The notes beneath the pieces are model-generated. The model was not told the DNA's origin. It did no database searches and saw only the letters and a list, made by a program, of their open reading frames with translations. A stretch of DNA of 64,000 bases, taken from assembly GCF_026571515.1 (NCBI RefSeq), contig NW_026862116.1, positions 124,001-188,000 on the forward strand, written 5' to 3'. The position numbers were made by a program, and so were the translations under genes. The DNA comes from Ruditapes philippinarum. Its lineage: Eukaryota. The number at the start of each line of letters is the position of its first letter. Within the stretch, counting starts at the first letter, position 1. Below, piece by piece: positions 1-16,000 of the stretch.

Positions 1-251
1 GATGTCAATAAAATGATTGATTATGTGTCTTAAGTGCAGAAGGAAAGCTTATTTTCAATTATTTTGGTACCAAATTATATCGCTTCGTGCGAATTACTAT
101 CGCTGAATGTGCAGTTTTCACACAATTCAAACAATGTTCTCAAAAACCACAAAACATAGGATAATGCACTTTATATTTTCATTTGAAGAAAGTTACCGCG
201 CATATGATACACTAGGTTTTGTTCTGATTTAAGAAACGTTTGTCACCCTAA
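1..251. mobile_element. Right end of a putative TTAA-flanked (Kolobok-like) non-autonomous DNA transposon
   Basis: Segment ends ...TGTCACCC followed by TTAA; the partner terminus is not in the window, so the call is weak. Confidence 0.25.
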
Positions 252-3200
252 TTTAACGTAATAAGGTACTTACCGGGGCTCAGCAGTCGCCATTTTCTCA
301 TGGGTATTACTATACAAAGTCACGTGATTCCCCCCCCCACCACCCCGTGGGTAAGTACACATTGCAGCTGAGCTCTAACCTACACACGGTAGTCAATTCA
401 ATACACAACCAAATATTTTGTCCGATGTTGCCATCCCGTATTTTTCAATGCCGACCTCTGGTTCTCCGCGTCGCAATGTGTATATTCAACATAGAACTAG
501 TGTCGTGAGTTTCTTACCGTTATAAAATATCAATACATTATCAGCAGTTGATGAAAACTACGATTATCTTATGTTTAATTCAAATGAAACAATAGCAATT
601 GTTTGATTAAGTCAGACTGCTCCTGTATATAAAATATTAATATTAAAGTCAATCATAATACCCCCTCCCCTTCCCCAAAAATTATAATAAAATAAAAAGA
701 TAAAAATGATTTTTTTGTTCATGAAGTTAAAATAAACAAAATCTGCATTTCATTGCATTATCTAGGCAACATATGCTAAAGAAAGATAATACATTTTCTA
801 ATTTTCTTTTCGGTTGCTTAGAATGTTAATCTCAGGGTCAGTTCTGAGAGATAAATATAGAGACTAAGTAAATAAATCCTTTAGATTGCATAATGTCGAA
901 GTTAGACACTTCATTTAGATTTATGTCACTTGTAATTTGGTATATATTCTCTCAGCTCTATATTTTATTCAAGAACATGAAACAATATTCTAATATTTTA
1001 GTTATTTTCATGGTAAGTTTACTTGTCTGGGATAAAGTCAGGCAATGATGAACTGTTAACTTTAATAATGATTCGGCAGATTTTTTGTAATACAAAACCA
1101 GCACTTTTAATGATGGTAATCGTTATAAAGTGCAGACATTTGATAACAATGCAACATAATTATTTTTAATGTAGTCTAGGAAGTTTTGGAGTACTTGACC
1201 AAAGTGTACAAATAAAGCAAGAAAACACTTCAGAAGAAGGTAATTTGAATCCAAATAATGAATGGAATCGCGGAACATGTATGAGGCGGTTCATATGTAT
1301 GTTATTCATATGTATTTTCATACAAGCTTCATCATCGGAATATGAAAGACGTCACGACATCGACATGAATGCATTTTTCAAGGCGTCGACGTAAAACTTC
1401 ATGAATTGAAACGAATTAAAAAATTAAGCTGATTAGTGTTAGACATTCCGAAACAATGCATATTTTAAGGGATGACTAATCAAATATATGATTTATTGTA
1501 ATTCATTTGTATATCTGTCAATTTTTCATCAAGACTTTTTGACAACACTTATTGGTTTGACATTTTGATTCCTAATTTATTGAAATCAATATAGACACTT
1601 CTAAACAATTGGTAGCCAAAATTTTTGTTTACACATTAGCTCAGCACAATGTTGATAAACTATGTCGAAAGTAAAGAGATGTTTTTGTTTGGCAAAGTAA
1701 GTGTTTGAAGAAAACAATTTCTTACTGGACCAGACACATTTGATTATCATTATTGAAAACAATGAAATTTATAATGTTGCTTTTGCTTTGTCCCGGATAC
1801 AACAGACATATTGTGTTCAGCAATAAAAATATATGTGTATATAATGAGCTGGAATAAATGTTATCATATAGATTATTAGTTTTTTTATCTGATAAAAATT
1901 TGTTTTATTTAGGCTTCAAATTAGATAGTTTAAACAATTATATTTTTAATGAATATTTTCCGACATATACACATTTTAGATTATTTTATAAGTAACTCTA
2001 TGTAATTGTAATTTGTACACGTTCATATACATTGTACCAAAATAATTCACGCAAAACTTATAAGTAATGTGGTATTTATTATTTGTTTAGTACAAATAAT
2101 GAAACGTACACAAGTATGTATATGCATTGATCATCATGCTGCAATATTCACCATCATTCACCATTAACGTAGAGCACACAGATTGCCATCAGAAAATAAG
2201 ACGAATATTTGCAGAAATGTTTCCCATGTCTTGTTGATTAAAATATGTATTCAAGTTCAACATAAGAGATATTTATAACGTTTTAACAGGTTGCTTAAAA
2301 TTGTGTTATATTATTTAGCCTGACATTATGACAAAGTCATGAATGGGTACCGGTAATAAATTTCATTAAATCTTGTGAAAGTTTCTCTAAAAATTAATTA
2401 TAGTCAGATTGTATATTAAATACATGTTCTTATTTTGTTCTTTGTTTTTATCATTTCCAAATAATGACGTAACAGCCATTACCCAAATGGACAATTTTTA
2501 TTAAAATTTATAACTGTAATCTTCAAAATGCAAGCATTCGTTGGCATAAAAAAATAATTAACTACTATTGCTGAAGATTAATGTTTGTTCATACGCAAGA
2601 TTTCGCTTTGCACGGCACCATTTTAGTGTATATAGGCTAAAAATGCATATTATCGGATGACATATTTATTGTTTCGCCTGCAAGCAAGATGACCTTTACA
2701 GATACATGTATTGACAGAATGATAAACTGTGAAATGTTTAGATTCTTTAGATAATAGCATGCATAGCGGAGATATAAATATTGAAATATCTTAGTATTTG
2801 TAAAGATTTAGAAAAATCCTGACAAGCGATTTGTGCAAAATATTTTAATACATAATCAGCGAGCCTACGACATTTTCTTATTATGGTGAAACAAGTTTGA
2901 AGTAAATGAAATAAGAACAAGTTGAATTTTAATTACATTTTGTTTTAAATGTTTAATATGTATCTTATAACTAAAGATATACTATGCTTATTTTTAGTAA
3001 AATACTGGATATGACTTATTTAAATAAGAGTCTTTGGCAAGATACTTTACTTTATTACTAGTCAGTTGTTTTTTTTGTTTTATTGAGGGTTGCATCTGTA
3101 TGTGGATTCAAAATTCTTTCAATTATAAAGAGACTGTCAAGCAATTGATTGTATTTTCAATTATCTTTGAGCAAAATATATCCTTAAACAGCATCCTACA

Positions 3201-5560
3201 TTTTTATATAATTATAATGACAGAAATATTTTTATTAATTTGGATAGGCATTAGATTTATGGACATGTGTGTTTATTGACCTCTTAATATCGCAACTTTT
3301 AATATAAAATATTTGCATTATACATCTAGCATTTTAACATTTAATTAAGGTTATTTAAATTATATTATAAACAAACAAATATGTCCATGATTCATGATGT
3401 ATAATAATACACGGTCGGTATTCAATATGCAACATGCGACTATAAAGCCGTATGATGATAATTTATTATAACTGTCATTAACTGCATCATCATATAGATT
3501 TATTTACCTATCTAACACTCTCATTTACATTTAAGTAAAATCATTATGATTAACAACTTGCAAATGTCCAAAGAGCATTGTGTCTTGATATTTCACGTTG
3601 ATTAACGATACTGAATTTAAACTATATTAAAAATAAAATGTGAAATAAAGGACGATTTTTAGCGATTAATCATTTTTTTTCCATCATTGACTGAACTAGT
3701 AAATATTAACTAAATAATCGGGTTCACAAAACAAAAACAGTTTAAATGAACACTTTGCACATCTATTTGCTTTGTTCATCATAATTATAAGTGGCAACCA
3801 TTGCGTCGAATGTTACCGCCCTCCATAAGCAGAGGGTGAAACGGTGTAAGAATCTTACAAGAAATATAATTACAAAATAAAAACAAATAGTCATGGAATA
3901 TCACAAGTTTGCTACGTTAAAGTAAGTCTAAGGTTTTTTACAGAGATACATTATCGCTTCAATCTTTATGGGGGAAAAAACAATTGGCTTAATTACTGGA
4001 AATTATCTATCAGCACAAATTAAATGAAGGAACAAAATGCACACAATGAATTTGATAAGCATGTTTTGAATAATGTGGCATGTGCTTCCCAAAGATTGAT
4101 AACACTATTTCTATTTCAGATAATTGTGAAATTTCTTCAACACTTTTATTCAGGCAGTGAATTTAACATACGCATGAATACTAGTATGCAATTGCCACTG
4201 TCGTAGTGAACCTTAAAGTTGTGTCTGTATAACATGAAATTTCTACTCTTATCAATCCAACAATCTTAATGCTCTTAAGAATATATTGTTAAATTGTTTG
4301 AGATGAAGATGCCATTTGATTGTTGTCAGACAAAGATTGATTGATTTAAATGAAGATATTTAAATCAAATAAGATGTTTTTTTGTTATATTTTTTGTTTC
4401 GTTTATTGACATTTTCTTTGAATCAATGTTGCTTATATTTGATTTGATTTGTATTTAGACGTTTTCTGAGACAAAACGACTCTGATGAATGACGCGCATT
4501 AGTTATTCCAATATGTGTCTGTCTTAAGACATATGTCAAACATATGTACAGTTTAGAACATTTGGAAGATGCGTTCGAGTATCATTTAAAACAACGTGAG
4601 ATGAAACCGGAGCAAAAGTCGTTATCGTGACATTGATCGTCCATTACATTTGACCTTTAACGCAATTCTAGTGTACATCTCCAAAATCAGAGTTTAAAAT
4701 ACTGTTATGTAAATAACAAATCATATGATAACAAGATAAAATCATAATAACAATAATAATAATATACAAATATAACATTGATATTATCATTAATTGAAAT
4801 TAAGTAATACTGCAATTTTTAGAAGCAATGTATCACCATCATGGTATTGAACACTTTTATTTGCATTAGGTTTGCACTCCCTAACTCTATTTTGGATAGG
4901 GAAATTGTATACAGCATAGACTTAGACAACCATTATACTTTTATATCACATTCCAAGAGAGTATATTGCATGTGCAGACACTTTAAGTATCAATTCCTGA
5001 TTTTTACCACAATGTAGTTCTCTTTCAAAAATATTTGCATTCAGACGTCAATTATCGTGACGCAAGCAACGGAAATTCTTGTCATTTGTTTGCAAATTGC
5101 ATGCTTTCAATACATAAAGCTACACTCAGCGCACTTTTATAACGCTGATTCAATTAAGCGTTTTAAGTTTCGTTCAATAAAATATATAAAGTCAATTTAT
5201 AATTTGCATTCTGTACTTTTCATATATCTTACAAAGACACTTTCGGTATCAGAACTAGTTACATTTTCCCCAAGATAATGAATATACTTATCACTTTTCT
5301 TCATAGACATTTGGTGAAAAACGCAATATCTGGATTAAAAAAAATCTAAATGGATGTATTGTATTATGTAAAAATGGTTAAAATTTAAGGTAACCACATT
5401 TTATAACGATGGATGAATTATCCTCTTCTGAATAATTTTCATTTTGAAAAATGTCATTCCATTTCTTTTTTTACTTTAATAACACCTCCAACACAAACAA
5501 GACATATAGCATACTGACATTTGTCTTGTTAAAATTATCTTAAGCGAAATAACCGTTTAA

Positions 5561-5913
5561 AGATCCTGTAACTCATTTCTTCTTCTTTTTTTCTTCCTCA
5601 TAAATGTGATGCTAAAATGAAGATTTATCAATATTGTAAGTTCCAAAAGTATTATTTGTAAAGATATTACTGAATTTACATTTCATTTAAATAAAGGGAG
5701 GTAATAAGAAATTAGTTTCGATAAAGTCTAAGCCAATTGTTTCAATAGGAAATGAATGCACATATTTAAAACATTACCTATAATACGTATAAACATTTAC
5801 AGGACTGTTTAACATATTCTTGGATGTTTAAAAATTGTTTTAGAAGAATAATTATATACATATAAATTTTCACTTCAGTGTTGATACATCCTTAATTACA
5901 AGATACAGGATCT
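5561..5913. mobile_element. MITE with AGATCCTGTA terminal inverted repeats (Kolobok-like), copy 1
   Basis: AGATCCTGTA 5561-5570 and TACAGGATCT 5904-5913; left end preceded by TTAA; internal AAATAAAGGGAGGTAATAA is shared in opposite orientation with the 11824-12127 copy. Confidence 0.65.
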
Positions 5914-6913
5914 AGGTATTAATCAAACGTAATATTGGGACGGTTATGTAAAAGGACTCCACCTTTAGATATGGTGGGACTGCAAATATTTCGGGGTGGA
6001 GGGGGATGTTCAACTTGATAGGGGTAACGTATGTTCAAAATTTGAGATCATTTGCCTACTCTATTTTCCTCAATATTTTTTATAGCGCAAAATGACCCAA
6101 AACTTGAAAAACTTTGCAACGTTTTTAACTAAAATTCCTTTATTTCTGTTAAAGATGCTATTTTTTCATCGAGTGACTTCAAATAATGTATTTACCAGAA
6201 GCTTGATAGTTGCCCTCAATTTCAAACATTTTTTTATTAATACCAGAAGTCGTGTGATTATGAAATAAGTTAAAAATTAACGTTAAATCGCGATGATATT
6301 ATTTATTTTCAAACACAAAATGTGAAAATTCGCTTGTTTAAATAATTAAAACAAACAGTTCTGGAAGATGAAAAAGTTATACCATGCCGATATTAGATCC
6401 CCCAAATGGCGGAAGTACATAGTAAGCCATTATTAGTCATGTAAGCAGTTGATATTTTGAAAGTTGTTTATTTCAGGGGACGAAAGTATAAAATGATGGT
6501 GAATCACTTTGCTCAAATGAACAAGACGCTTTTCACATGTGATAGATAATGGACGTAAGGTTAAATTAGATAAAATACATGCACCTCTCATCAACCAATC
6601 CAACCAAAATTTGCTACAACTACTATACCTTGTTTAAGTGAGCGCATGTACCATCAATGATCAGTACTGCTGCCCCTGTCAATTATACCGACAGACAGTC
6701 GCTAGCACAGTTGCCCATCAACACCCACATCCGAAGTGAACAACGAACAATCCCTGATCAATATAAGAAAAATCAAATAACCTCAACCCCATCTAACTTT
6801 GGCCGGTTATGAATACCTATGACCATTGGGGCATAATTACACTATGGTCATACCTTTTTATTACTGGTAACACCTTCAATTTCCCTGTGATTTTGTTTAA
6901 CAGAAGTCATATT

Positions 6914-7046
6914 ATAGGGTTAACGCAGGGTTTTCCGTGTTATAACGTCTGCATAGTCCCGAGGAACAGTACCGGGCGTGGGCTTCAACAGTTCTGTGGG
7001 ACTCTGCAGTTCTTATAACACGAAAATAAACCTGCATTGACGCTAT
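6914..7046. repeat. Long imperfect palindrome, probably a small non-autonomous DNA element
   Basis: CGTGTTATAA (6936)/TTATAACACG (7013) and CTGCATAGTCCCGAGGAAC (6949)/GTTCTGTGGGACTCTGCAG (6991) pair as nested arms. Confidence 0.6.
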
Positions 7047-10000
7047 TATAGCATAAAATTATAAATGAGATTCCTGCTGTGTATTTATTACAAAACAAGT
7101 ACATGGATTCCTTATTGGAACGGTTTACGCGTAAACGTTATTTATCCACCTCAACATGTTTTACGAAAACGTTATATATTTCTGTAGCCATCAACTTGTG
7201 AAATACAAATCATCAAAAGATCAGAGCCGAACGAAATGTCGAATTTTAATTGATTTAGCAAAGATTTATTAACTAAAAATAAATAAATAAATAAATTATT
7301 CTACCCAAGACAAAACATGGCATTCAGAAATCTTGAAAATTATTTCAGATTGACAGTTATCGTTTTATTTTAAAGCACACAAGGTTATAAAATGCGTATT
7401 AAATAATAATACCGGTCACTGTATAATGCATTGCAGAGATAAAGGAGGGCTATAACAAAAGCGCGTGGCTCCACATGATTTTGGCCCCGTTAAAACATGG
7501 GCAGAAGAGAGGAAAATAGCCAATTTAAAACTACAAAATCAATTATCAGACTGCCTTGTTAACTATTTGTCAGCCATTAGCGAGCGAAACTATGCACGGT
7601 AATTCCCAAGAAAAATTGTCCGAGGCGATGAAAACATATTGGTAGTTTAAGAAACTCAGACATTGATTGGTTTTGCAAAATAAAATAATGAGATAGATAA
7701 AAAGATTATGACAGGTGGGGAAACGTAAATAATACAAAACATTTGTTGGCGTTAAATTGTCTATTGAACCGCGTCACATCATTGGATAATTAAAATAAAA
7801 ATGCGTTCTGAACATTTTTTTGCGCTGCAAGCGATATGCTTTAATGATACTATTATCTTTGTTTTTCGTCAAAAACATGAATTTATTTTCAATTAACATG
7901 ATGCAATTCTATATAGTTTATTATGTTTCGTAAACACATATTCTATAATATTCACAAAGGTTAATATTCGTATGGCGATGTAAATATCAAAATGCGTGTC
8001 CTATTTATTAACGGTTATTAAACATTGAAAATACATGTATTCATTTTCTATCACTTGCCTAAACCGTAAATTACCCTTCACAATAATTATACTTTACTTG
8101 TAATAAAAAACTTTACAAAGGAATGACTAAGAGAAAAAATAGAAATAAATACTCTATGCTATGCATGTAATGAATAGAATTTTGTTCCTGAATATAAACC
8201 CGAAGGAAGTTTGTACAATGCAAACAATTTAACAAAAAACTTACGATAATTATAAACATAAATCAAGAACAAACCAGGCGAACGAACAAACACACCTGTG
8301 TTACTTGTTTCCTAACACTTTCTGTATCATTAACAGCCCTGTTTCCTTCGTGTTTATTCAGGGGGTTTTTTTGCAAGAAAAAAGATATACAGATGTATTG
8401 ATATGCAGTATTTCACACACATCAGTTAGAGGCATTAACATTTGCTATTTTCCTAGAAACCTGTCGTAATTGATATAAACGGAAATTACATAACTATTTT
8501 TTTTTACATTTTACAATATGAAAGTAAATGAATTAACTAAAAATCTAATTTAAATCACATGGTATGTAAAAAGTGGTTAATAGACGGCAGAGTATTGTCA
8601 ACAGGTGAAAATCGACCCCGAAAGCATTATTTATTTCAGGACAGATTACCTCTTCCCGGCCTCTGACGTCTATTTATGTCTGTAATTAATATACTTTATA
8701 TATTTTATGTGTGTTTTTTTTCTTAATTGTAAAATATGCGACCTTAATTTATATTTCAAAATGCTTGTTATAACGATGTATCTATGTGTGTACAAGTTAT
8801 GAAATAAACTCTTTTCTGTTCTGTTCTATCTAATAACAGCACCATTTTCATTGCGTTCAACTTGATATTTTGTTGTTAATATTTTTTTGTCTCTGTACAT
8901 TTAATTTACATAAATGGTTCCCTTATGTGTATACAAAGACCGTTAGAAATAAAAAGCACATTATTTGTTTTTGTTTTTTTTGCACGTGCTTGTGATCAGT
9001 GGCCAATTATGATTATGAATCTCGGTCGACGGGCCGCATATACATTATCGGTGATTTTACACTCATTATCAGTTGATATCATAGGAAATTGTATTACTAT
9101 ATATTACTTTATATAGTAGCACGTTTAATCCAAAGACACGCCATATATCATGATCTTAACTTCAGAGTTAGTATATCAACATGAAAACAACCCTATAATA
9201 AAGTAATTTACGATGAAAAACATTAAACTGTACCAAAATAGGACGATAAAGATGTACTGAAAATCAAATATAAATGTTTTTGAATAACCTCTGACATACT
9301 AAATCTACAAGTAAATTTATATTATCAGATAGCATATTTATTGTATTGCTTTAAGTTTATTTCAAAGCAAACTGATATTTGCAGATATCGACAATATAAT
9401 AAAGTGTTCGGGAAACAGAAACTATAGATATTATCTTGCACGACGGAAATATAAATATTGAAATGTCATGCTTTAAAAAGTTATTTAAAAACATAACATT
9501 GTCAATATCCCGACACACTGTATTGATAATTGGTAATGGAACATTATGAGGGAACAATAATGTACTTCTGTCTGATTTATATTCATTTGCCCATACATCA
9601 TGTTGGAACAAGAATCAAATAAATTCAATAATACAATTTTGTTAAAAGACTATTTATTTCTTTATGACTTTTGCAGACGTTAATCCACAACACTCTTATT
9701 ACGTACACACTTGTTACGTATGCGGTTTATATTTGAGGTCTATGATATAAATGTAAAAATAAATCCAAATATTTTGTAGTCAGTATAAAACAGACGTAAG
9801 GCAAAAGGTTCGTTCGTTTGGCCATTTGATTTGATTCTATGAAAGTACTCGAATTTCAAGTTATATTATTATGATAAAGTATTTGAATGGGACAGTTTAC
9901 TGGATTTATTTAGTAGATAAGTTAACAATTTAATATTCAAGCGACGATGAATAATGCACCGTTAATATTCGCAACTATACAACCTAACAATGGTATTTTA

Positions 10001-10437
10001 TTACAACATCCAATGACTGCATCTTCGCAGGGCCACACATATCTTTCGCAACACTATTAATACGCATTCTAAACAAAAATGTACTAATTATGGTTCACTC
10101 TGAAGTTTTGAAGTATCCTTTAATTGTTCGTATGCAACCATATATCACTTCAATTGGTATTGTACATTGATTAAGAGAATAATGATATCAGTGTTGAATG
10201 TTTTAATGTTGTCTGACATGAGAGCTCAATTAACAAACATCGCATTCAACAACGCGTCTAGTGTTTGCTATCACGTGACATGGTATGCCAGATAAGGTTT
10301 AATGATATCTAGGTTTATAATTGATCTCTTACGGTCCAATAATTCCATAATAGATTTTTTCTAGGATGTGCATAACAAATTGACGCAGTGTTCATCTTAA
10401 TAGAATTTGATTTTAGCGAATATCACCTTATCAAGAT

Positions 10438-10642
10438 GAGGGAAGCAATGGCCTAGAGGGTAAGTTGTCTGTCGTTTAACCCAGTATTCATGAGTTCGAG
10501 CCCTAATCGGGTACGACCATTTTTTTTTTTCACATGGCACCAGTACTGGTTTGTTCCAGGAAACAGACTCGAAAGTAATTAATATAAGTTGATTAAAGAA
10601 CTTGTTTCGCAATATATCTTAAATAAATATGTTTAAACCAAT
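10438..10642 (+). mobile_element. tRNA-derived SINE with 12-bp target site duplication
   Basis: A-box-like TGGCCTAGAGGG and B-box-like GAGTTCGAGCC; exact TSD CCTTATCAAGAT at 10426-10437 and 10643-10654. Confidence 0.85.
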
Positions 10643-11823
10643 CCTTATCAAGATAACATTTTTATTATTAATTATAACTTGGGATATACTGGAGTAAACT
10701 GGTTTTTTTTCCCCAAATATTCATAAACTTTGTTTCTTGTTATTTCAATCCTGTATATCTCTTGGATAATTGATAATTAATTCAAAATATATAAGGGTTA
10801 GAGAGAAGCAAACAACTGAACCATACAAATGATAACGTTCTCAAAACAAACGCAAGTGCAATTGCATAAACACGTTAAATATTTAAAATGCTAAATTAGG
10901 GTTGATTTATCATTAATCTATCAAAAGTATGTTAATGTGCCGCATTTAAATTAAATACTTTTGTATTTCTAATCTATAATGAGGCAGAGGGTTTGTCTTT
11001 AAAGGCTGGGGCATCAGAATTGCAGCTACTGTTTATTAGATCTCAGGTAAGTTGGTTTTGACCGCTGGAGTTGCTTTAAGTTTGAAACACCTGAGGTTTC
11101 GCAAATTCAAAGTCACAAAGCAATCTTTAAATGTTCAATTATCATAGAATATGATCAGGGAAAAGAACAAAAACAACAATGGGAAATCAAAAATAGTTTG
11201 AGTTATCTGTAATTGCATTTGACAATGTACTAATTCCAAGGGTTGATAATTCACAAACAAGTAAGAAAGGTCTTATTATTCTCTATGTTCCATGTCTCTT
11301 ATGTCTTGATTAGTGATTTTGAAAGGTTTCATCAATACGGAAAGCAAAGTTTGTTTGTCTTCTTTACCTTAAGCAATGCCAATTAGTCTAAGAATATTTT
11401 TTATAAGAAACTTCAGTCTCAAGAATGAAACGTAATAATGAAACAATTGTTCAATTTCTGTCTATTTAACAATATAATGAGAACTAATGAACCAATGTTT
11501 AAAATAAATTGTTTAGACTAGTGCATAACATATCAAAACATAAAATGACCTTAATAGGAAACCATTCAAAATCAAGGGCATATAACCAGAGCACGAGTTC
11601 GGTGACCCATAGAAGTATTATTATTTATTTTTACACACAAAAAATTGATTCTTTTGTCAAATTCTCGTGCACCATTACGTGATTTTTGCTTGTTATATAG
11701 TTTTATATCGTATACAGGTAAGCTTTAAAAGTTGTTCGAGCCGTCGAACGATGGTAATATTGCAAGCAAGCGTTATATACGGTCATATAACCTGTGAAAA
11801 TACTTATTACAAATTGGTCTTAA

Positions 11824-12127
11824 AGATCCTGTATGTTGTATACCACACTTTATGTATATAATAATGCTGATAAAACAATTTTCAAACATAGAAGAATATG
11901 TAAAATATGTACTGCGAATATTTGTACATATAATATATAATCATTACAATATATGCATTCGTATCTTATTGAACAATTTGACTTTTATTACCTCCCTTTA
12001 TTTATATGAAATGTTACATTCGGTTATAACTTTATAAATAATGCTTTACGGAACTTACAAAATTGATAAATCTGAATTTGAGCATCATATTTATGATATA
12101 AAACCATAAAAATGTGTTACAGGATCT
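11824..12127. mobile_element. MITE with AGATCCTGTA TIRs and TTAA TSD (Kolobok-like), copy 2
   Basis: TTAA-AGATCCTGTA ... TACAGGATCT-TTAA. Confidence 0.8.
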
Positions 12128-12960
12128 TTAAATATAAAATACAAATATCCTAAATGTTTGAAGAACATAACACACCATTTTTTCGGACTTGAGCATAGCT
12201 CCTCTGTAGCGTATAGCTTTACTGACGAATACTATATTAAGTATTGTCATATTAACATAATTATAAAAGAAAACATGCCAAATTATTTAATGGTCGGCTA
12301 TTTTAAAGGGACTATATTAAGGCTTTATAACATCATTGGACTTGAAATAATTTTTCTAGATTAACGTTCCATTTGATGTAGGTCTAGACAAATAGCTTGA
12401 CTGCAAAATTTCCGATAATTAGCTTACTATGATTTACCAAAACAATTGTTCTTATTGTGAAAACAAACCTAAGTATGTCTCATATTGTGGCATTTTCTAT
12501 GAAGAATTGGTATTTTTGCAGTCTGTCTATTTGATTTGATATGTATATAAAGGATAATTGAGATAAACTACTCGATACAATGACGCGTAAGTGTTCAGTT
12601 CTACCAATATCGACTGTCTTAAGATGTATTTTCAAAATACAGACATGGTATGGGCAAAGAATTAAGATTAATATGTAGGAAATTTGAAACCTGAGTTCGA
12701 AACAAAATCAACTGAGACAAAGTGAAATAATACGTACGCAGATATCTTTATTATAGTTTAAATCTGGACATTTCATGTTGATCCTAAACTAAAATTTGCA
12801 TCAGAGTTTATAATGTTGTACAAGTCAACGCAGTTGAAAACAAAAGACTCTCATAACAATGATATACTAATACAAAAATTGCCGTAAAAGTTAGTCACCG
12901 CCGTATTTATACATCTGCGAATGTTTCTAAATTAAAAATGCCACTATTTTGTTGTTTAAC

Positions 12961-13075
12961 TGTTGAATTCTGCTTAAGCGGTGCTATTGGGGGCGTGGGC
13001 GGTAACTTGCACTTTCCAGTACCGTCCATGTAGAGGCTCAATCAAACCGAGCATGCAACAGTTACAATTTAGCCA
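12961..13075 (+). repeat. Solo fragment of structured unit B (pseudoknot core)
   Basis: Close match to 24691-24803: GGGGCGTGGGCGGTAACTTGCACTTTCCAGTACCGTCCATG...GGCTCAATCAAACCGAG. Confidence 0.85.
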
Positions 13076-16000
13076 TCTTGGATTTTCTTTCGATATTTTT
13101 TTCTCATTTTTTTTTATATTGAGCACTTCAATATGTACTAATTTTGTACTTCATCGACTACAGTTTAGAAAATGAAATTGTATACATATAATCTTAGACA
13201 ACTATTAAAATTTCATATTACATTCCGAGAGAATGTATTACATGTTTAACATACTTAAAATTATGAATTTCTGTTATACAACAATTAATGTTTATCATCA
13301 AAAATAATTTATATTCAGACCTCGATTATCGTGACACAAACAACTAAGCACACCCCTGTCATTTTGACTGAATAGTACATTCTATAGTTGCCTAAAGGAA
13401 GGAACTGCGCAATGCTATTACGTTGAGTCAACTGAAATTTTATAGGTGCGTTACACGCAATGCCTTAAACCAATTACTTCTTGACATGCATTACTTTTTT
13501 GTAGATCTAATACAGATACAGTTTACATGAAAGGCAAATCGGCATCAAAACATAAAGCCCGAACTAACAAATATATACATACTCGTTTCTACATAGAGGT
13601 TATATGATGTAACCACATTATTTCTGATAATTCAAAGGCAAAAAGAATTGAATCAATAATTAAAATATTATTTGTTTTTAAATTTAAGGTTACCAGATTT
13701 TATAACTAAACATTTATTTGTCTTTTTTATATAAAAAACACATTGATGCCATTTTATTGTATGTTTTATTTTAAAATGTATTAGTTAAAATTTACTTCAT
13801 GAGAATACAGTGGAATAGTTGTCTGGTCTTGTAAACATAAATGAATGTTCATAAATGAGTGTGGGGGATACTTTCTTGATTGACGCCCAACATTGTTTAT
13901 CATTGTTTTCTTATTTCATACAAACTTATTGTTTTGTCATTTTAAAATAAACATTACTGCTGTGTTTATTATTTCACTGAGATGCTGATATATGCGCATT
14001 TATTTTTTACAACATAGTGAACACCAGTTTAAATATTTCACAAAAGTTTTCGTTTTTATATATATATAACAACGACTATAATATCCAAAGATGAGAAGTA
14101 ATACTAACAAAGAATTGATCTAAAAGAAGTAAACGTATCACATGTTTCTAAGGCCAAGCAACAAAACCGTATATTTTTATTAATCTTTTATCCCAATAAA
14201 CAATAAATCAACAACTTATTGCGATTCTTGATTTAATATGTTATCACCGTTGGTAACGTTCACAGAAAATGATAGGAAATTGCTCGCTAGAAATTACTTC
14301 ATATTATAATATATATCAATGTCTGCCAAGATACTTGTTTTAAAATCTATGTTTAAAACACAGTAAATAGTCAGCTGATTTTCCTGTTGACTTCTGAGAA
14401 AGATCAATTTTGAAAACAATTTGTGAACAATAAAGAATAGAAAAATCAAACTGCCATAGCTCTGATGATTTACGTCTATCATCTGTACGTTCCAACTCTT
14501 TGTTATGTATCATTTCATTATGTGATTGAAGACAATATTAAAAAATAATCCCGATAAAATTTAACCATCTCTGTCTCTCCTCAAACAGTGATATTTACTA
14601 TTTTTCAACTTAAACAGGAAATGATTATTCAGTTCTGTAGCTTACAATATATATTTCACTGTAAAACATTCTTACTTTTAGTGTCATTGCTTTTCACTGG
14701 TTCGTTATAAATGTTGTCGTTTAAATTCACTTAATAACATTTTACATCATTTTCGTTTCGTCAAAACCCTGATCAATAAAATAAATGAAATAAACGTACC
14801 TTACTCATTATATTTACCCATTTTTCTCTTCTTCAAGGAAGGCCATTTTTGGGAGACTGTTCATACTTAAACTATTAATAAATAAATAACAAAAAATAGT
14901 TATATTCTCAATATCGGAACATTTTGAAAACTAAATCGTTTAACATATACGATTTCTCAGTTGATTTAATTGTACCTTTTAAATAACTAATTCTAGTTTC
15001 GTAATGTCGATAAAATTTATGAGGAAATATTGCAAAGACGTTTGTCTCGTTCGAATTGGCAAGATATCATAAAAAAATGTCTACGTATTACACAATAAGA
15101 TCATAGCAACTTGTTCTGTCAAACATTTATTATTTCATCTGTATAAATTTGTCTCATTTTGCATTTATTTTGATTACAAAGAAATACCGTAACCGTATAA
15201 TTTACTTTGTTGTATTGTATGTTGTAAGCTAAATTATATTTTATAAAATTGTATTTATTTTAATAATTTACGCATAAAACATTATTTTAGCTTTAAAAAA
15301 TGCTCTAACCATAAGGTTCCTGTCAAGTATTATTTTTGATAACTGAAATTTTGTTCAGGTGTTGTTTTTGTGTGTTTCGTTCTTAATTCAGTAAATTGAA
15401 TACTAGTATTGTACATCTAAAATCTACATTATTCTGAGTTAATGACAAAAGCATACGATGACGATACAAAAATAAATACAAACTTTATTTTGCGATCTAA
15501 TTTATACATCTATGATTTATTTTTAGGGCATTGCTAGATTGTAAAAACAAAAAGTCATCATAATAAAACGACTTTCAAAATGTGGTTTAATTAGAAATAT
15601 AGGAAAGAAAATAAATTAATGAAATCATTCACCAATGTATCCGCCATAAACATGTACATACAATTATACTGACGAAACTAAATTACGACTATAGATTTAT
15701 GACTATTAGTTATTAAAATTTGTCATGTTAAACATACACATGTAATATCTTATGAAATAACAGACTAAAATTTGCCACAGAAAGAAAGTTTTATTAAAGA
15801 GTATGATTTCATATATTTGCTATAACGTTTTTGAAATATAAACAAATAAAAACTAATAAAAGGCCAATCATAACGACTAAGGTGTAATACAAAGGAAAAT
15901 GCATGACGACATTTCCTTGATATATGTATCTATCATGTACATTTTATGAACATGTATTACTTATAATCTTATCTAAATACGAATAGGAAAAAGAAACAAA

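Noticed and set aside
5057-5278. 73-aa ORF in the duplicated block as a conserved exon
   Set aside because: Paralogous blocks at ~13320 and ~38990 have stops and indels in this frame; a few third-position differences are not sufficient evidence.
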